Shown here piece after piece: positions 53,235 through 63,054 of a stretch of 64,000 nucleotides of DNA (position 1 is its first letter; the number at the start of each line of letters is the position of its first letter). Made by a program: the position numbers and the translations under genes. The notes beneath the pieces were generated by a model, which saw only the letters and a program-made list of their open reading frames with translations, ran no database searches and had not been told where the DNA came from. The DNA is from Planctomycetota bacterium (GTDB taxonomy: Bacteria > Planctomycetota > UBA1135 > UBA2386), in contig OZ245006.1 in NCBI GenBank assembly GCA_965223545.1, positions 1,152,001 to 1,216,000 on the forward strand. The letters are read 5' to 3'.

Positions 53235-55409
53235 ATGCTGACCTCGATGCTCCTGATCGCGGCCGCGCAGCCGCAAGTCCCCGACCCCCACTTGCGCGTG
53301 GACCAGTTCGGCTACCGCCCGCTCGCCGTCAAGGTCGCCGTCCTGCGCGAGCCTCGCATTGGCTACGACGCGCCGGCGCCGTTCGTGCCGGGCCCGGCGG
53401 TCGAGGTGCTGCGCGTCGCCGACGGCTCGGTGGCTTGGGCCGGCACATCGGTGGCTTGGAGCGGCGGCGCGACGCACGCGCAGTCCGGTGATGGAGCTTG
53501 GTGGGTCGACTTCTCGGCGCTGCAGGAAAGCGGTGCGTTCGTCGTCCACGACCCGGCGAGCGGCCGGCGGTCGGCCCCGTTCGAGATTGGCACGGCGGTC
53601 TACGACACCGCGCTGCGCGCCGCGCTCCGCATGTTCTTCTACCAGCGGTGCGGAGTCGCGAAGGCGGCGCCCTACGCCGAGGCCGGGTGGACCGACGGCG
53701 CCTGCCACGTCGGCGCCGAGCAGGACACCGACTGCCGCGCCGTCGGCAACCCATCGCCGGCCACCAGCCGGGATCTGAGTGGCGGTTGGCACGACGCCGG
53801 GGACTACAACAAGTACGTCAACTTCGCCGATCAGCCGCTGCACTTGCTGCTCGACGCCTACCGGGCGACCCCGGCCTTCTCGCGCGACGATCGGGGCATT
53901 CCGGAGTCGGGGAATGGCGTGCCGGACATCCTCGACGCGGCGCGCGTGGAGCTCGACTGGTTGCGCAAGATGCAGAACGCGGACGGGTCGCTGTTGCACA
54001 AGGTGTCGGTGACCGACTGGTCGACGGCGAGTCCGCCCAGCGCCGACCGCGCGCCGCGGCGCTACGCGCCGCCGACCGCGTCGGCGACGGTGTCGGGGTG
54101 CGCGGTGTTCGCACACGCGGCGTACGCGTTCGGGGCGCGGCCGGACACCGCGAGCCAGGCCTATGCGCGCCAGCTCGAGGCCGACGCGGTGCGCGCTTGG
54201 CAGTGGCTCGCCGCCAATCCCAACGCGATCCCGTCGAGCTACACCAACGCCGGCTTTCAGAGTGCTGCCGCCGAGGACAGTGCGTACTGGCAGGACATGA
54301 ACCGGTTGTCGGCGGCGGTATGGCTCTACGCGTGCACCGGTGACCCCACCTACCTCGCGTGGTTCGACGCGCGCTGGCAGCAGTCCAACCTGGCGCGCTG
54401 GAGCTGGGCCTCGCCGTACGAAGTGGAGTTCCACCTGCCGATGCTCGCGTACGGCGACTTGCCCGGCGCGACGCGGTCGGTCGCCGATGCAATCCGGCGG
54501 ACGTTTGCCGCATCCGTCAGCGGTGCCGCGCACTTGGGGGAGGTCGCGGCGGGCATCGACGCCTACCGCGCCCCGCTCGGCGATCAGGACTACGTCTGGG
54601 GCAGCAACGCCACCAAAGCCGGGCGGGGGTTGCTGTTCGTCCTGCTCAACCGATACGGGCTCGCGCCGGGAGTGGCGCGCGCCGCGATCGCCGCCGCCGA
54701 GGACTATCTGCACTACTTGCACGGGGTGAACCCGCAGGGCTTCGCCTTCCTCACCGGAATGCCGGCGGCGGAGGGCGCGGTGACCGAGATCTACCACGGT
54801 TGGTTCGCGGACGGCACGCCCTGGGACAGCAGCCGGACGTCGCCGATCGGCCCGGCTCCCGGGTTCGTGCCAGGCGGCGCCAACCCGACCTACAAGCCCG
54901 ACCCCGGCTATCGCGGCCCGCCGATCGCACCACCGCAGGGACAGCCGGCGCAGAAGAGCTATCGCGACTGGAACACCGGGTGGCCCGAGAACTCGTGGGA
55001 GGTCACCGAGCCATCGCTTTCCTACCAGGCGCCCTACGTCGCGCTGCTCGGTGCGTTCGCGGTCGCGCCTCCGCCGCGGCTGGCACTGTCGGTGTCCCCA
55101 CTCGTCGCAGGCGCTGCGGCGGACTGGACCGTAGGCGGGGCAGCGGCCGGCCAGCTCGTCGCGATCGCGTGGGCGTTGGCGCCGGGGCGCACGCGCATCG
55201 CGCTCCCGACCTGGCCACTCGACTTGGGCTTGGCGCTGTCGTTTGCCCCGCCGGGCCCAGTGCTCGGCGCCGGCGTCGCCGGCGCGGCCGGGCAGTGGAC
55301 CCTGACGGTGGGCTCGCTGCCGGCGGCGGTCGCCGGAGCGCGGCTCTGGTTCCAGGCCAGCGCCGCGGGCACTGTCGTCCCGCTGCACTCGGCCGTCGTC
55401 GCGCGCTGA
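53235..55409 (+). CDS. Secreted glycoside hydrolase family 9 with N-terminal Ig-like (CelD_N) domain and extra C-terminal domain
   Basis: 'RVDQFGY.P...K.AV', 'FFYQRCG', 'DLSGGWHDAGDYNKY', 'YLHG.NP', 'NSWEVTE'. Confidence 0.9.
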   Translation: MLTSMLLIAAAQPQVPDPHLRVDQFGYRPLAVKVAVLREPRIGYDAPAPFVPGPAVEVLRVADGSVAWAGTSVAWSGGATHAQSGDGAWWVDFSALQESGAFVVHDPASGRRSAPFEIGTAVYDTALRAALRMFFYQRCGVAKAAPYAEAGWTDGACHVGAEQDTDCRAVGNPSPATSRDLSGGWHDAGDYNKYVNFADQPLHLLLDAYRATPAFSRDDRGIPESGNGVPDILDAARVELDWLRKMQNADGSLLHKVSVTDWSTASPPSADRAPRRYAPPTASATVSGCAVFAHAAYAFGARPDTASQAYARQLEADAVRAWQWLAANPNAIPSSYTNAGFQSAAAEDSAYWQDMNRLSAAVWLYACTGDPTYLAWFDARWQQSNLARWSWASPYEVEFHLPMLAYGDLPGATRSVADAIRRTFAASVSGAAHLGEVAAGIDAYRAPLGDQDYVWGSNATKAGRGLLFVLLNRYGLAPGVARAAIAAAEDYLHYLHGVNPQGFAFLTGMPAAEGAVTEIYHGWFADGTPWDSSRTSPIGPAPGFVPGGANPTYKPDPGYRGPPIAPPQGQPAQKSYRDWNTGWPENSWEVTEPSLSYQAPYVALLGAFAVAPPPRLALSVSPLVAGAAADWTVGGAAAGQLVAIAWALAPGRTRIALPTWPLDLGLALSFAPPGPVLGAGVAGAAGQWTLTVGSLPAAVAGARLWFQASAAGTVVPLHSAVVAR

Positions 55410-55426
55410 ACGAGACGCGGTGCTAG

Positions 55427-57415
55427 CCCAACTTCCGCAGTTCGACGGGTCGTCACGTTGAAAAGCAACGACTTACGTCGATTGGTTGGCACTACATCGC
55501 GGTCGAACGGAGTGGCGCGGGGACGGATAGCCTCCTGGGTAGCTGGATGCCGAGCCGGTCGAGCAGGTGCGCCTGCGCCTCGTTGGGGGTGACCACGCAG
55601 CGGACCCGGAGTTCGCGGCCGTCAGTAGTTGGCAGGAGCACGTCTGCGCTTTGGACCTGACGGAGCTCCTCGAGGATGGCGGCCGGGCTGTTGCCGAGTC
55701 CGGCCTTCTCCTGCCAGAGCTCGAGCGTTTTCCACAAGGCGTAGGCGAGGAAGCAGACGAGGATGTGCGCCCTGACCCGGTCCTCGCGTTGATGCCACAC
55801 CGGGCGGATCGACAGCTCGGACTTCTGGATCCGAAACGCGGACTCAGCATCAGTGAGCTGGATGTACGTCCGCCAAAGCTCCTCATCTGTCCAACCCGTC
55901 ACGTTGGACCTGAGCAGGTAGCACCCGGCGCTCTGGTCCACCCAGTTCGTGTTCTCACAAGCCTCCACGGCAAGCCCCGATGGTCGATCCGGGGCTTCGA
56001 TCAACGAAACCGAGAAGCACGTGGAGGCCCGCGAGTTCTGGGCCAAGATGCGTCCGATCTGTTGATTGACGCGGTCCCGTTCGATCGACTTCTTCGACGC
56101 CGCCAGTCGGCGTTCGAGCGACGCAAGCCTCGCGCGAATGCGTTCGGCTGCTCGCGCGACAATTGCGGCGTCCTTCTCGATGCGCGCCTGGGAGCGACAC
56201 AGGATGAACGTCTCCTCCCCGTCCTCGCTCGGGCAGAGCTTGACCTCGACATCCTCACGAATGCTGCGCCAGTCTCGACGGTCGACGATCTCCTGTTCGA
56301 AGCGGCGCAGGTCCGAACGCGATGCGCCGATGACGTACCGTCGCCTTCCCTCCTTCAACCATTTCAGGTTGCGCTTGCTCACCATTCCGCGGTCCATGAC
56401 CCAGATGCGATCAGCAGCACCGAATCGCCGCTCCATCGTCTCGACGATCTCGCGGACCGTCGTGACGTCAGTCCGATTGCCGTCGAACACTTCGTGCGCA
56501 AGAGGGATTCCCTGTCTGGTCACGACCAGAGCGATGCAAACCTGTTTGCAGTCAGGCCGGTGATCTCGGCTGTAGCCACGCTGCGCCTGGGGGTTGCCCA
56601 GCATGAGGCCTTCGAAGTAGGTCGAGGTCACGTCGTAGAGCAGCAAGTCGTACTGAACGTCGAACAACTCGCCGAGCCGTGCGCGGAGATGCTGCTCCAG
56701 CGCCTCTTTGTGCGGCAGGATCTGGTCGAGAGCCCGGTAGAGCCGGTCGTCGTTGACCTTGCCTTCCGGCAGGCCAAGCAGGTCGTCAAGCGCGGTCTGG
56801 CGGTACAGGACTTCAGCCAGGTGCAGCTCGCTGGAGGGCATGCACAACCGACAGATGACCATCGCTGCCGCCATCGTCGACCACGGGACATCTTCACGGC
56901 CCCGCGGCATGAGCTCCCAGAGTGCGTCGTCGAACTTCAGTGCGTGCCACAGCGCCAGGCCGACGAAAACGTCGCCGAAGCGGCGTGTCCGGTCGAGGCT
57001 GACCTCCTTCAAGCGAATCGACTCGACCGGGTCGTCGTCTGTCACCGGTGGCTCAAACAGGCTCGGGTGCATTCGGCGACCGGTCATCCGATCTGCCAGC
57101 GCACGAGCCCGGCGTCGCCCCTTCGCATCCAGTTTGCCCAGCTGCGCGATCACCTCCTGCCGCACTCGACGACCGTGCCGCACCGACCGAACGAGGAGCC
57201 AGTACTCGTGGGTCTTGCCGTTCTTTCTGACCGTCTTGCGTCGCAGGTACACGTCCGCCGCCTCGCACACAGTTGTCGTGCTCCCTGCCACACCGATCAA
57301 CGGGGCGGGTTGGCACTACACGGCCGATCTGCGCCGCCGCGACGGTGGATAGCGGGCTGGCGCCGCGCCGAGGCTCCGAATTGGCCTCAAAAATCGTCGA
57401 GCTGCGGAAGTTGGG
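55427..57415 (-). mobile_element. IS1634-family insertion sequence, 1989 bp
   Basis: 21-bp terminal inverted repeats CCCAACTTCCGCAG(T/C)TCGACG (55427-55447 / 57395-57415, one mismatch), flanked on both sides by CTAG (55423-26, 57416-19). Confidence 0.92.
55492..57252 (-). CDS. IS1634-family DDE transposase
   Basis: 'LYDVTSTYFEG', 'GYSRDHRPDCKQ', 'VFDGNRTD', 'VMDRGM', 'AESAFR..KS.L.IRPVWH...RVRAHILVCFLAY'; GTG start 57252. Confidence 0.93.
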   Translation of the reverse strand: MYLRRKTVRKNGKTHEYWLLVRSVRHGRRVRQEVIAQLGKLDAKGRRRARALADRMTGRRMHPSLFEPPVTDDDPVESIRLKEVSLDRTRRFGDVFVGLALWHALKFDDALWELMPRGREDVPWSTMAAAMVICRLCMPSSELHLAEVLYRQTALDDLLGLPEGKVNDDRLYRALDQILPHKEALEQHLRARLGELFDVQYDLLLYDVTSTYFEGLMLGNPQAQRGYSRDHRPDCKQVCIALVVTRQGIPLAHEVFDGNRTDVTTVREIVETMERRFGAADRIWVMDRGMVSKRNLKWLKEGRRRYVIGASRSDLRRFEQEIVDRRDWRSIREDVEVKLCPSEDGEETFILCRSQARIEKDAAIVARAAERIRARLASLERRLAASKKSIERDRVNQQIGRILAQNSRASTCFSVSLIEAPDRPSGLAVEACENTNWVDQSAGCYLLRSNVTGWTDEELWRTYIQLTDAESAFRIQKSELSIRPVWHQREDRVRAHILVCFLAYALWKTLELWQEKAGLGNSPAAILEELRQVQSADVLLPTTDGRELRVRCVVTPNEAQAHLLDRLGIQLPRRLSVPAPLRSTAM

Positions 57416-57460
57416 CTAGGAGCCCTGGTCAAGGCAGCGCTGGCACCCGCCCCACCGAGA

Positions 57461-59909
57461 TCACTGAATGGTCATCGCGAGCCCATTCGACGCCGAGACA
57501 CCCGACGCCGGACACTGCGGCCCGATGGTCGATGCCAGCCAAACGAACTGCGCGACGAAGCTCGTTCCGACAAGGCCCGCGCGACTGGGCACACGCACCG
57601 AGAAGTCCGCGGCACCCCGCGCATCGCTCTGTATCGGAACCGCCAGCGTCCAAGCGCCCGCGGGATCGACCCAGAAATCCACGCCAGCCACCCGGATCGG
57701 CGCGGTCGCCGCTTGCGCGCCGAAGTAGGCAGCGCCAAATCCCGAGGCCGGGGCGTTGCCACACGTCACAGCGAACGTCGTGCCCACCAAGGGCATTGCG
57801 TCGATCCCGATGGGCAGCGGCCCGGTACACCCGGGGCTCGACGCACCAAAAGTACTCGCGCCGGTGGGCAGAAGGTCCAGGCTGGTCATCACCGCGTCGC
57901 TACCGCCAGCGTAGACGGGCTGGAATGCGCCCGGTGTCACCGGGTACTTCATCTCGGCAACACCCACGACGATCGCCGCGTCCACATCGTCGATCGAGAC
58001 CCCGACAAACGCCTCGCTGCCACGACTGCTCCGAACGAAAGTCGAGTAGATCAGCCGGTCTCCTTTCGCGGATAGCTTCGTGACGAACGCTTCGTTTGTT
58101 CGCGCGGAAGTGGCGAACAGCGGTTGATAGCTGCCGATCGTGGTGGGGTAGTTCGGCGATGCGGTCATTCCGACGACAACGGCCTCACCGCGGGAAGTGA
58201 GCGCTAGTCCCAATGGGTGGTCGGGACCGAAGCCGCCGAGATACGTTGCGAAGTTGACGCCACTTCGTCGCCAGCCCACGCCAAGACGTCGTAAACCCCG
58301 TGACCGTCATAGCCCCGGCTGCATCCATCGCGATCTGCCGGATGCCTTCGCCGTCGCTGCCGCCGATGTAGGTGGAGAAGACGAGGGACGACCCGCTGGG
58401 GTCGAGGCGAGCAATGAAGCCGTCGTTGCCACCCTGCAACGTCGTACCATGCGCCCCCGGAGTCGTCGGAAAGTCCGTCGACCCCGTCGCTCCCGCGACC
58501 GTCGCGGCCCCCGTTGCGTCGGTCACCACGGCGAAGCATGCGTCCCCGAGGAAACCACCGAGCAGAGTGCTGTAGACCAGCGCGCTCCCGCCCACCGCAA
58601 CGCGCGTCACGACCCCATCGGGCTGCACCCCCTGACGCACGGTCTGCAACGCGCCCGCAGTCGTGGGGTAGTTCCCCGACGACGTGCTCCCGACCACAAT
58701 GGCGCTGTCGTCTGGAGCGAGGGCAACGGCCGCGCCGTAATCCTGACCGGGGCCACCGATGTACGTGGACTCGATCAGGCCACCGCCAGAAACCGACAAC
58801 CGCGACAAGAAGGCGTCGGAGTTGCCGTTGGCCGTGCGATCGTAGGCAGTCGTTGTGGTGGGATAGTCGGGGCTGTCCGTCGAACCGGGGATGACCACAT
58901 GACCCAACCGATCGATCGCGATTTTCCCAGGGCTGTCCTCGCCCACACCTCCGAGCAGAGTCGCGTATCGCAGCTGTCCGGCAGCAGAGAGTCGCGCGAC
59001 GAAGATGTCCTTGCCGCCGTTGAACGTCGGATCGTACGCCCCGGGCGTCACCGGCAAGTCTCCGGAGCGGGTCGTTCCGACGACGATCAGCTCACCCGAA
59101 CGCATGCGCGCAACGTCGAGCGCCGCGTCCTCCCCGCTGCCACCGAAGTACGTGGACCACGTGAGGCCGGGGTCGATGATCAGCGTTCCCGGTCCACGGG
59201 CGCCGTGCAGCTCGAACCCGAAGGCCCGATCGCCGACCCGCCGGAAACTGCAGCGAACCGGGCGCGCCGTCCCATCGCGCTCCTCCCATCCAATCGGCGC
59301 GGATTGTCGTAGCACTCCCGTAGAGCCCGCCAGTAGCAGATCTCCGTTCTCGGCGACGAAGGGCGCGTCGAAACCGACACACTCCACGACCACCTGCCTC
59401 GGATCCGCCCCCGGTTGCAACGCCAGGTCGTAGTGGACCCGACCATCCGGTGATCGTCGAAGGAGGAGATCGACACCGTCGTACAACCCGCGGCAGATCA
59501 GCGACTCGTAACAACGCACGCCGTGTCGCCAGCGCGCCGGATCCGAGCCCTTGATGAACGAGAACCTCTCCGGCCGGAGCTCCTCGCCGACAAGCCGACA
59601 CTCCGGCGAAGACCCTCGAAACGAGAGTCGCAATTCACGACCGTCGTTCTGAACCGGCCGCAGGACAATCGAGGTCGAACCGATGCCGATCGTCATCTGC
59701 GACGTGGCCGCCCCGAAGACGACGCCTTCATGCCACTGGCCTGCGTTCTCCACGACCCCCCCGGAGAGGAGCGGCGCGACCCCCCTGACGACGCCAGGGA
59801 TACCCGGAGCCTGTGGGGCACACGACGTCCTGGCCGCTGCAACGCCACCCGCGCACAGCGCCAGAACGATACGGAGGTCAAACCACTGGACGGAAGGAAC
59901 GGCCATCAC
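57461..59909 (-). pseudogene. Secreted SBBP-repeat (beta-propeller) protein disrupted by a frameshift/deletion near 58260-58290
   Basis: N-terminal 'VENAGQW...LYDGVDL...LIIDP', repeats 'STY.GG...D...G.T.S.D.P.T.GA'. The reading frame switches between 'GFTTS' and 'NFATYLGG', with part of a repeat apparently missing. Confidence 0.8.
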
Positions 59910-60000
59910 CCGATTCGACCCATCGTAGAGGGATCGATCACATCGAGGATGGCGCTGGCGAGAAAATCGAGCCTGACTCCGTACTAGTGGCCCATGCGTG

Positions 60001-63000
60001 TCAGCGGCCGATGAGGAGTTCCAGGCCGTTGGTGGCGCTTGCGGTCGCGAAGAGCGGGCCCGTGGGGTCGAGGACGAAGGCCTGGGCGAAGACGCGCAGG
60101 CCGGCGAGGGCCGCGACCGGTGGCACGGGCAAGGCGATCTGCGCTTTGCCCGGCACGCGCGTGATCACTGGCATCGCGACGGCGAGGCGTGGGTCGACGT
60201 GGAGGGTGCAGCCGCCAGTGGAGAGCGCGGACGGCGACCGAGCGACGTAGAGGGCCCCCAGGGAGTTCGGCATGACGCCCTCGGCGTGCAGTGCGAAGCT
60301 CTGCGCGCCCACCAACGGCAAGCGGTCGGCACGCAGGGTCGAGGAGCCGAAGCCGCCCGGGCACGGAGTGCCGTAGGGCACCGCCGCGCCGCCACCGAAC
60401 AGGGCGAGGTCGAGCGACCAGAGCTCCAGACCGAGCTGGCCGTCATCGGCGGCGCACCAGACGTCGGAGCCGACCACGGTGAACCGCCGGGGAGCCGAGC
60501 CGCCGCTGCCGTGCAAGTCGGCGACGCGCTGCGTCCCGGCAGTGGTGCCGTCGCTGACCCACGGCTCGGCGCCCGCCGCATCCGTGCCCGAGAAGACGGC
60601 GATCTCGTTGTCGCCGAGGCGGGTGATGTCGTAGGCATCGACGTCGCTGAGCATCGCGGTCCCCGCCGGCGTGCCGTCCGACGACCACAGCGTCCGGGTC
60701 GGCCAGGCAACCGAGAACAACACGGTCGAGCCGACGTCGACGAACTCCAAGGGCGCGCTGCCGACGGGTCCCGGATTGATGTCAGCGAGCTGCAGGGTGC
60801 CGGCGGCGGTTCCGTCGGTCACCCAAGGCTCCGGATTTCCCGGGACCTCCGAGCCGCTGAACAAGAGCCTGCCGCCGAACGCGGCCCCTTGCAGGAAGAC
60901 GACCCCCGACCCGGTCGGGTCGAGATCGACCACTTGCACGGTCCCCGCATTGGTGCCGTCGCTCTTCCACAGCTCGATGCCGGAAACCCCGTCGGCGGCG
61001 GCGAAGAACAGGACACCGTCGACGTCGACGGTTCCACCGAGGAACGTGTACGGGCTCACACCAGCGGCCGGCCCCGGGTTGATGTCGGCGACCATGCCCG
61101 TGCCGGCAGCGGTTCCATCGGTCTTCCACAGCTCGAAGCCCTCGGCCGCGGAATGCCCGACGAAGTAGCCGATGCCACCGGCCAGCACCATGTCGCGCGG
61201 GGCGACCCGACTGCTCGGCAGGGCAGTGACCACGGCGGTCCCCGCCGCCGTGCCGTCGGTGCGCAGCAGCGCATCGGAGCCGGCCACGGTGGCCAGGAAG
61301 AACAGCGCACCGTTGATCACGACGCCTCTTCCCGGCTCCGACGCGAGCGCGCCCGGCTCGAGGTCGGCCAAGAGCCGCGTGCCGGCGGGCGTGCCGTCGC
61401 TGCCCCATGGCTCGCGGCCAGTCGCCCCCTCGTGGGCCGCATAGACGGCGAGATCACCGATCACGCCGACCGTTGTCGGATCGCTCCCGCCCGGCCCCGG
61501 GTTGACGTCCCGGAGCAACACCGCCCCGGACGGCGAGCCGGCCGACGCCCAGAGCTCCGTGCCGCGCACACCGTCCGTCGCCGAGAAGACCGTGACGCCA
61601 CTCAACTGCGCGAACTCGCGGGGGTGCGCGTCGGCAGTGATGCCAGGCCCGGTCGGGTTGAGATCCGCGAGCAGCACCGTGCTGGCGGCGTCGCCGCTCG
61701 TCACGTACGGCTCCATCGAGATCGCACCGGGTTCGACACCGTTGAACACGTAGAGGCCTCTCAGCGTGCCGATGAAGCCCGCCGCTCCGGAGCCCATCGG
61801 GTGCAGATCCTTGATCATCCGCGTGCCGGCAACGGTGCCGTCGGAGAAGTAGAGCTCGGTCCCGGCCGCCAGCGTGCGCGCCCGGAACACGACACCGCGC
61901 GGGAGCAGGCCGAAGTCGGCGGGAAACGAGGAGCCCAGGCCGGGCTCGATGTCGGCGAGCTGCACCGTCCCGGCGGGGGTGCCGTCGCTGACATACGGCT
62001 CGAGATCGCCGAACCGACCGCGGCCGACGAAGTAGCACTTGCCCAGCGTCGGGGTGAATTCCCGCGGAGCCGAGTTGCCAACGGGCAGACGCGCCATCAG
62101 TTGCGTGCCGGCCGCGGTCCCGTCCGACACCCAGGGCTGGACGCCGTTGCCCCAGTCGGTCGCCGCGAACACCACGCGATTCAGCCAAGCCGTCATGCCG
62201 CTGATCGCCGCGCTGCCGCGCGTGTTGATGTCCTTGACCAACACCGTACCCGCGGCGGTTCCGTCGGTCTTCCACAGCTCCCCGCCGAGCAGCGGCACCA
62301 TGGCGGTGAAGTAGACCTCGCCACCAGCCAGGGTCATCTGCCGGGGGTCCGAGCTGCCGAAGGCATTGAGGTCGATCAAGCGCGTGGTTCCGGCCGCGGT
62401 CCCATCGCTCACCCACAGCTCGCGGTCCCCGCTCGCATCCGTCGCCGCGAACACCGCGCGGCCGCCCACGACCACGATGTCGGCCGGCGCCGAGCCGCCC
62501 GGCCCGGGCAACAGGTCGGCGACCATCCGGGTGCCGGCCGGCGTGGCATCGGTCACCCAGAGCTCGACACCGGAGACGCCGTCATCGGCGGCGAAGAACA
62601 GGAGACCACCGCCGTGCGCCATGTGCTGCGCATCGGAGGACGCGCTGCCGGGGGCGATGTCGGCAAGGCGAAAGGTACCGGCCGCGGTCCCATCGCTCAC
62701 CCACGGCTCGGCGCCACTCTGTCCGTCGTCGGCACTGAACACCAACAGCGTTCCGAACGCAGCCATCTCGGTGATCGAAGACCACTCCGCGCCGGGGTTG
62801 ATGTCCTTGACCAGCCGGGTTCCCGACGGGGTCCCATCGGTGACGTACAGCTCCTGGCCGGTGTCCTCGTGCGTGGCCGGAAAGAACAAGAAGCTGTCCA
62901 CGTTCAACCCGACGCCCGGGTTCGAGAACCGCGGCTCGGGCTGGGTGTTGATGTCGTGCACCAGGCGCTGGCCGGGCAGAAACGAGACGGTGAGCAGTGC

Positions 63001-63042
63001 CGCGGTCGCGGAGACCGCGCCGAATCCGAGAGACTTGCGCAT
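60001..63042 (-). CDS. Secreted ELWxxDGT-repeat protein
   Basis: Signal peptide; about 17 E[LP][WY]xxDGT repeats; distinct ~130-aa C-terminal domain. Confidence 0.92.
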   Translation of the reverse strand: MRKSLGFGAVSATAALLTVSFLPGQRLVHDINTQPEPRFSNPGVGLNVDSFLFFPATHEDTGQELYVTDGTPSGTRLVKDINPGAEWSSITEMAAFGTLLVFSADDGQSGAEPWVSDGTAAGTFRLADIAPGSASSDAQHMAHGGGLLFFAADDGVSGVELWVTDATPAGTRMVADLLPGPGGSAPADIVVVGGRAVFAATDASGDRELWVSDGTAAGTTRLIDLNAFGSSDPRQMTLAGGEVYFTAMVPLLGGELWKTDGTAAGTVLVKDINTRGSAAISGMTAWLNRVVFAATDWGNGVQPWVSDGTAAGTQLMARLPVGNSAPREFTPTLGKCYFVGRGRFGDLEPYVSDGTPAGTVQLADIEPGLGSSFPADFGLLPRGVVFRARTLAAGTELYFSDGTVAGTRMIKDLHPMGSGAAGFIGTLRGLYVFNGVEPGAISMEPYVTSGDAASTVLLADLNPTGPGITADAHPREFAQLSGVTVFSATDGVRGTELWASAGSPSGAVLLRDVNPGPGGSDPTTVGVIGDLAVYAAHEGATGREPWGSDGTPAGTRLLADLEPGALASEPGRGVVINGALFFLATVAGSDALLRTDGTAAGTAVVTALPSSRVAPRDMVLAGGIGYFVGHSAAEGFELWKTDGTAAGTGMVADINPGPAAGVSPYTFLGGTVDVDGVLFFAAADGVSGIELWKSDGTNAGTVQVVDLDPTGSGVVFLQGAAFGGRLLFSGSEVPGNPEPWVTDGTAAGTLQLADINPGPVGSAPLEFVDVGSTVLFSVAWPTRTLWSSDGTPAGTAMLSDVDAYDITRLGDNEIAVFSGTDAAGAEPWVSDGTTAGTQRVADLHGSGGSAPRRFTVVGSDVWCAADDGQLGLELWSLDLALFGGGAAVPYGTPCPGGFGSSTLRADRLPLVGAQSFALHAEGVMPNSLGALYVARSPSALSTGGCTLHVDPRLAVAMPVITRVPGKAQIALPVPPVAALAGLRVFAQAFVLDPTGPLFATASATNGLELLIGR

Positions 63043-63054
63043 CGAAGAGTCCTT

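Noticed and set aside
60400..62900. Regularly recurring DNA motifs such as GTGCCGTC and CCACAGCTC
   Set aside because: Explained by ELWxxDGT protein repeats; not a CRISPR or DGR.
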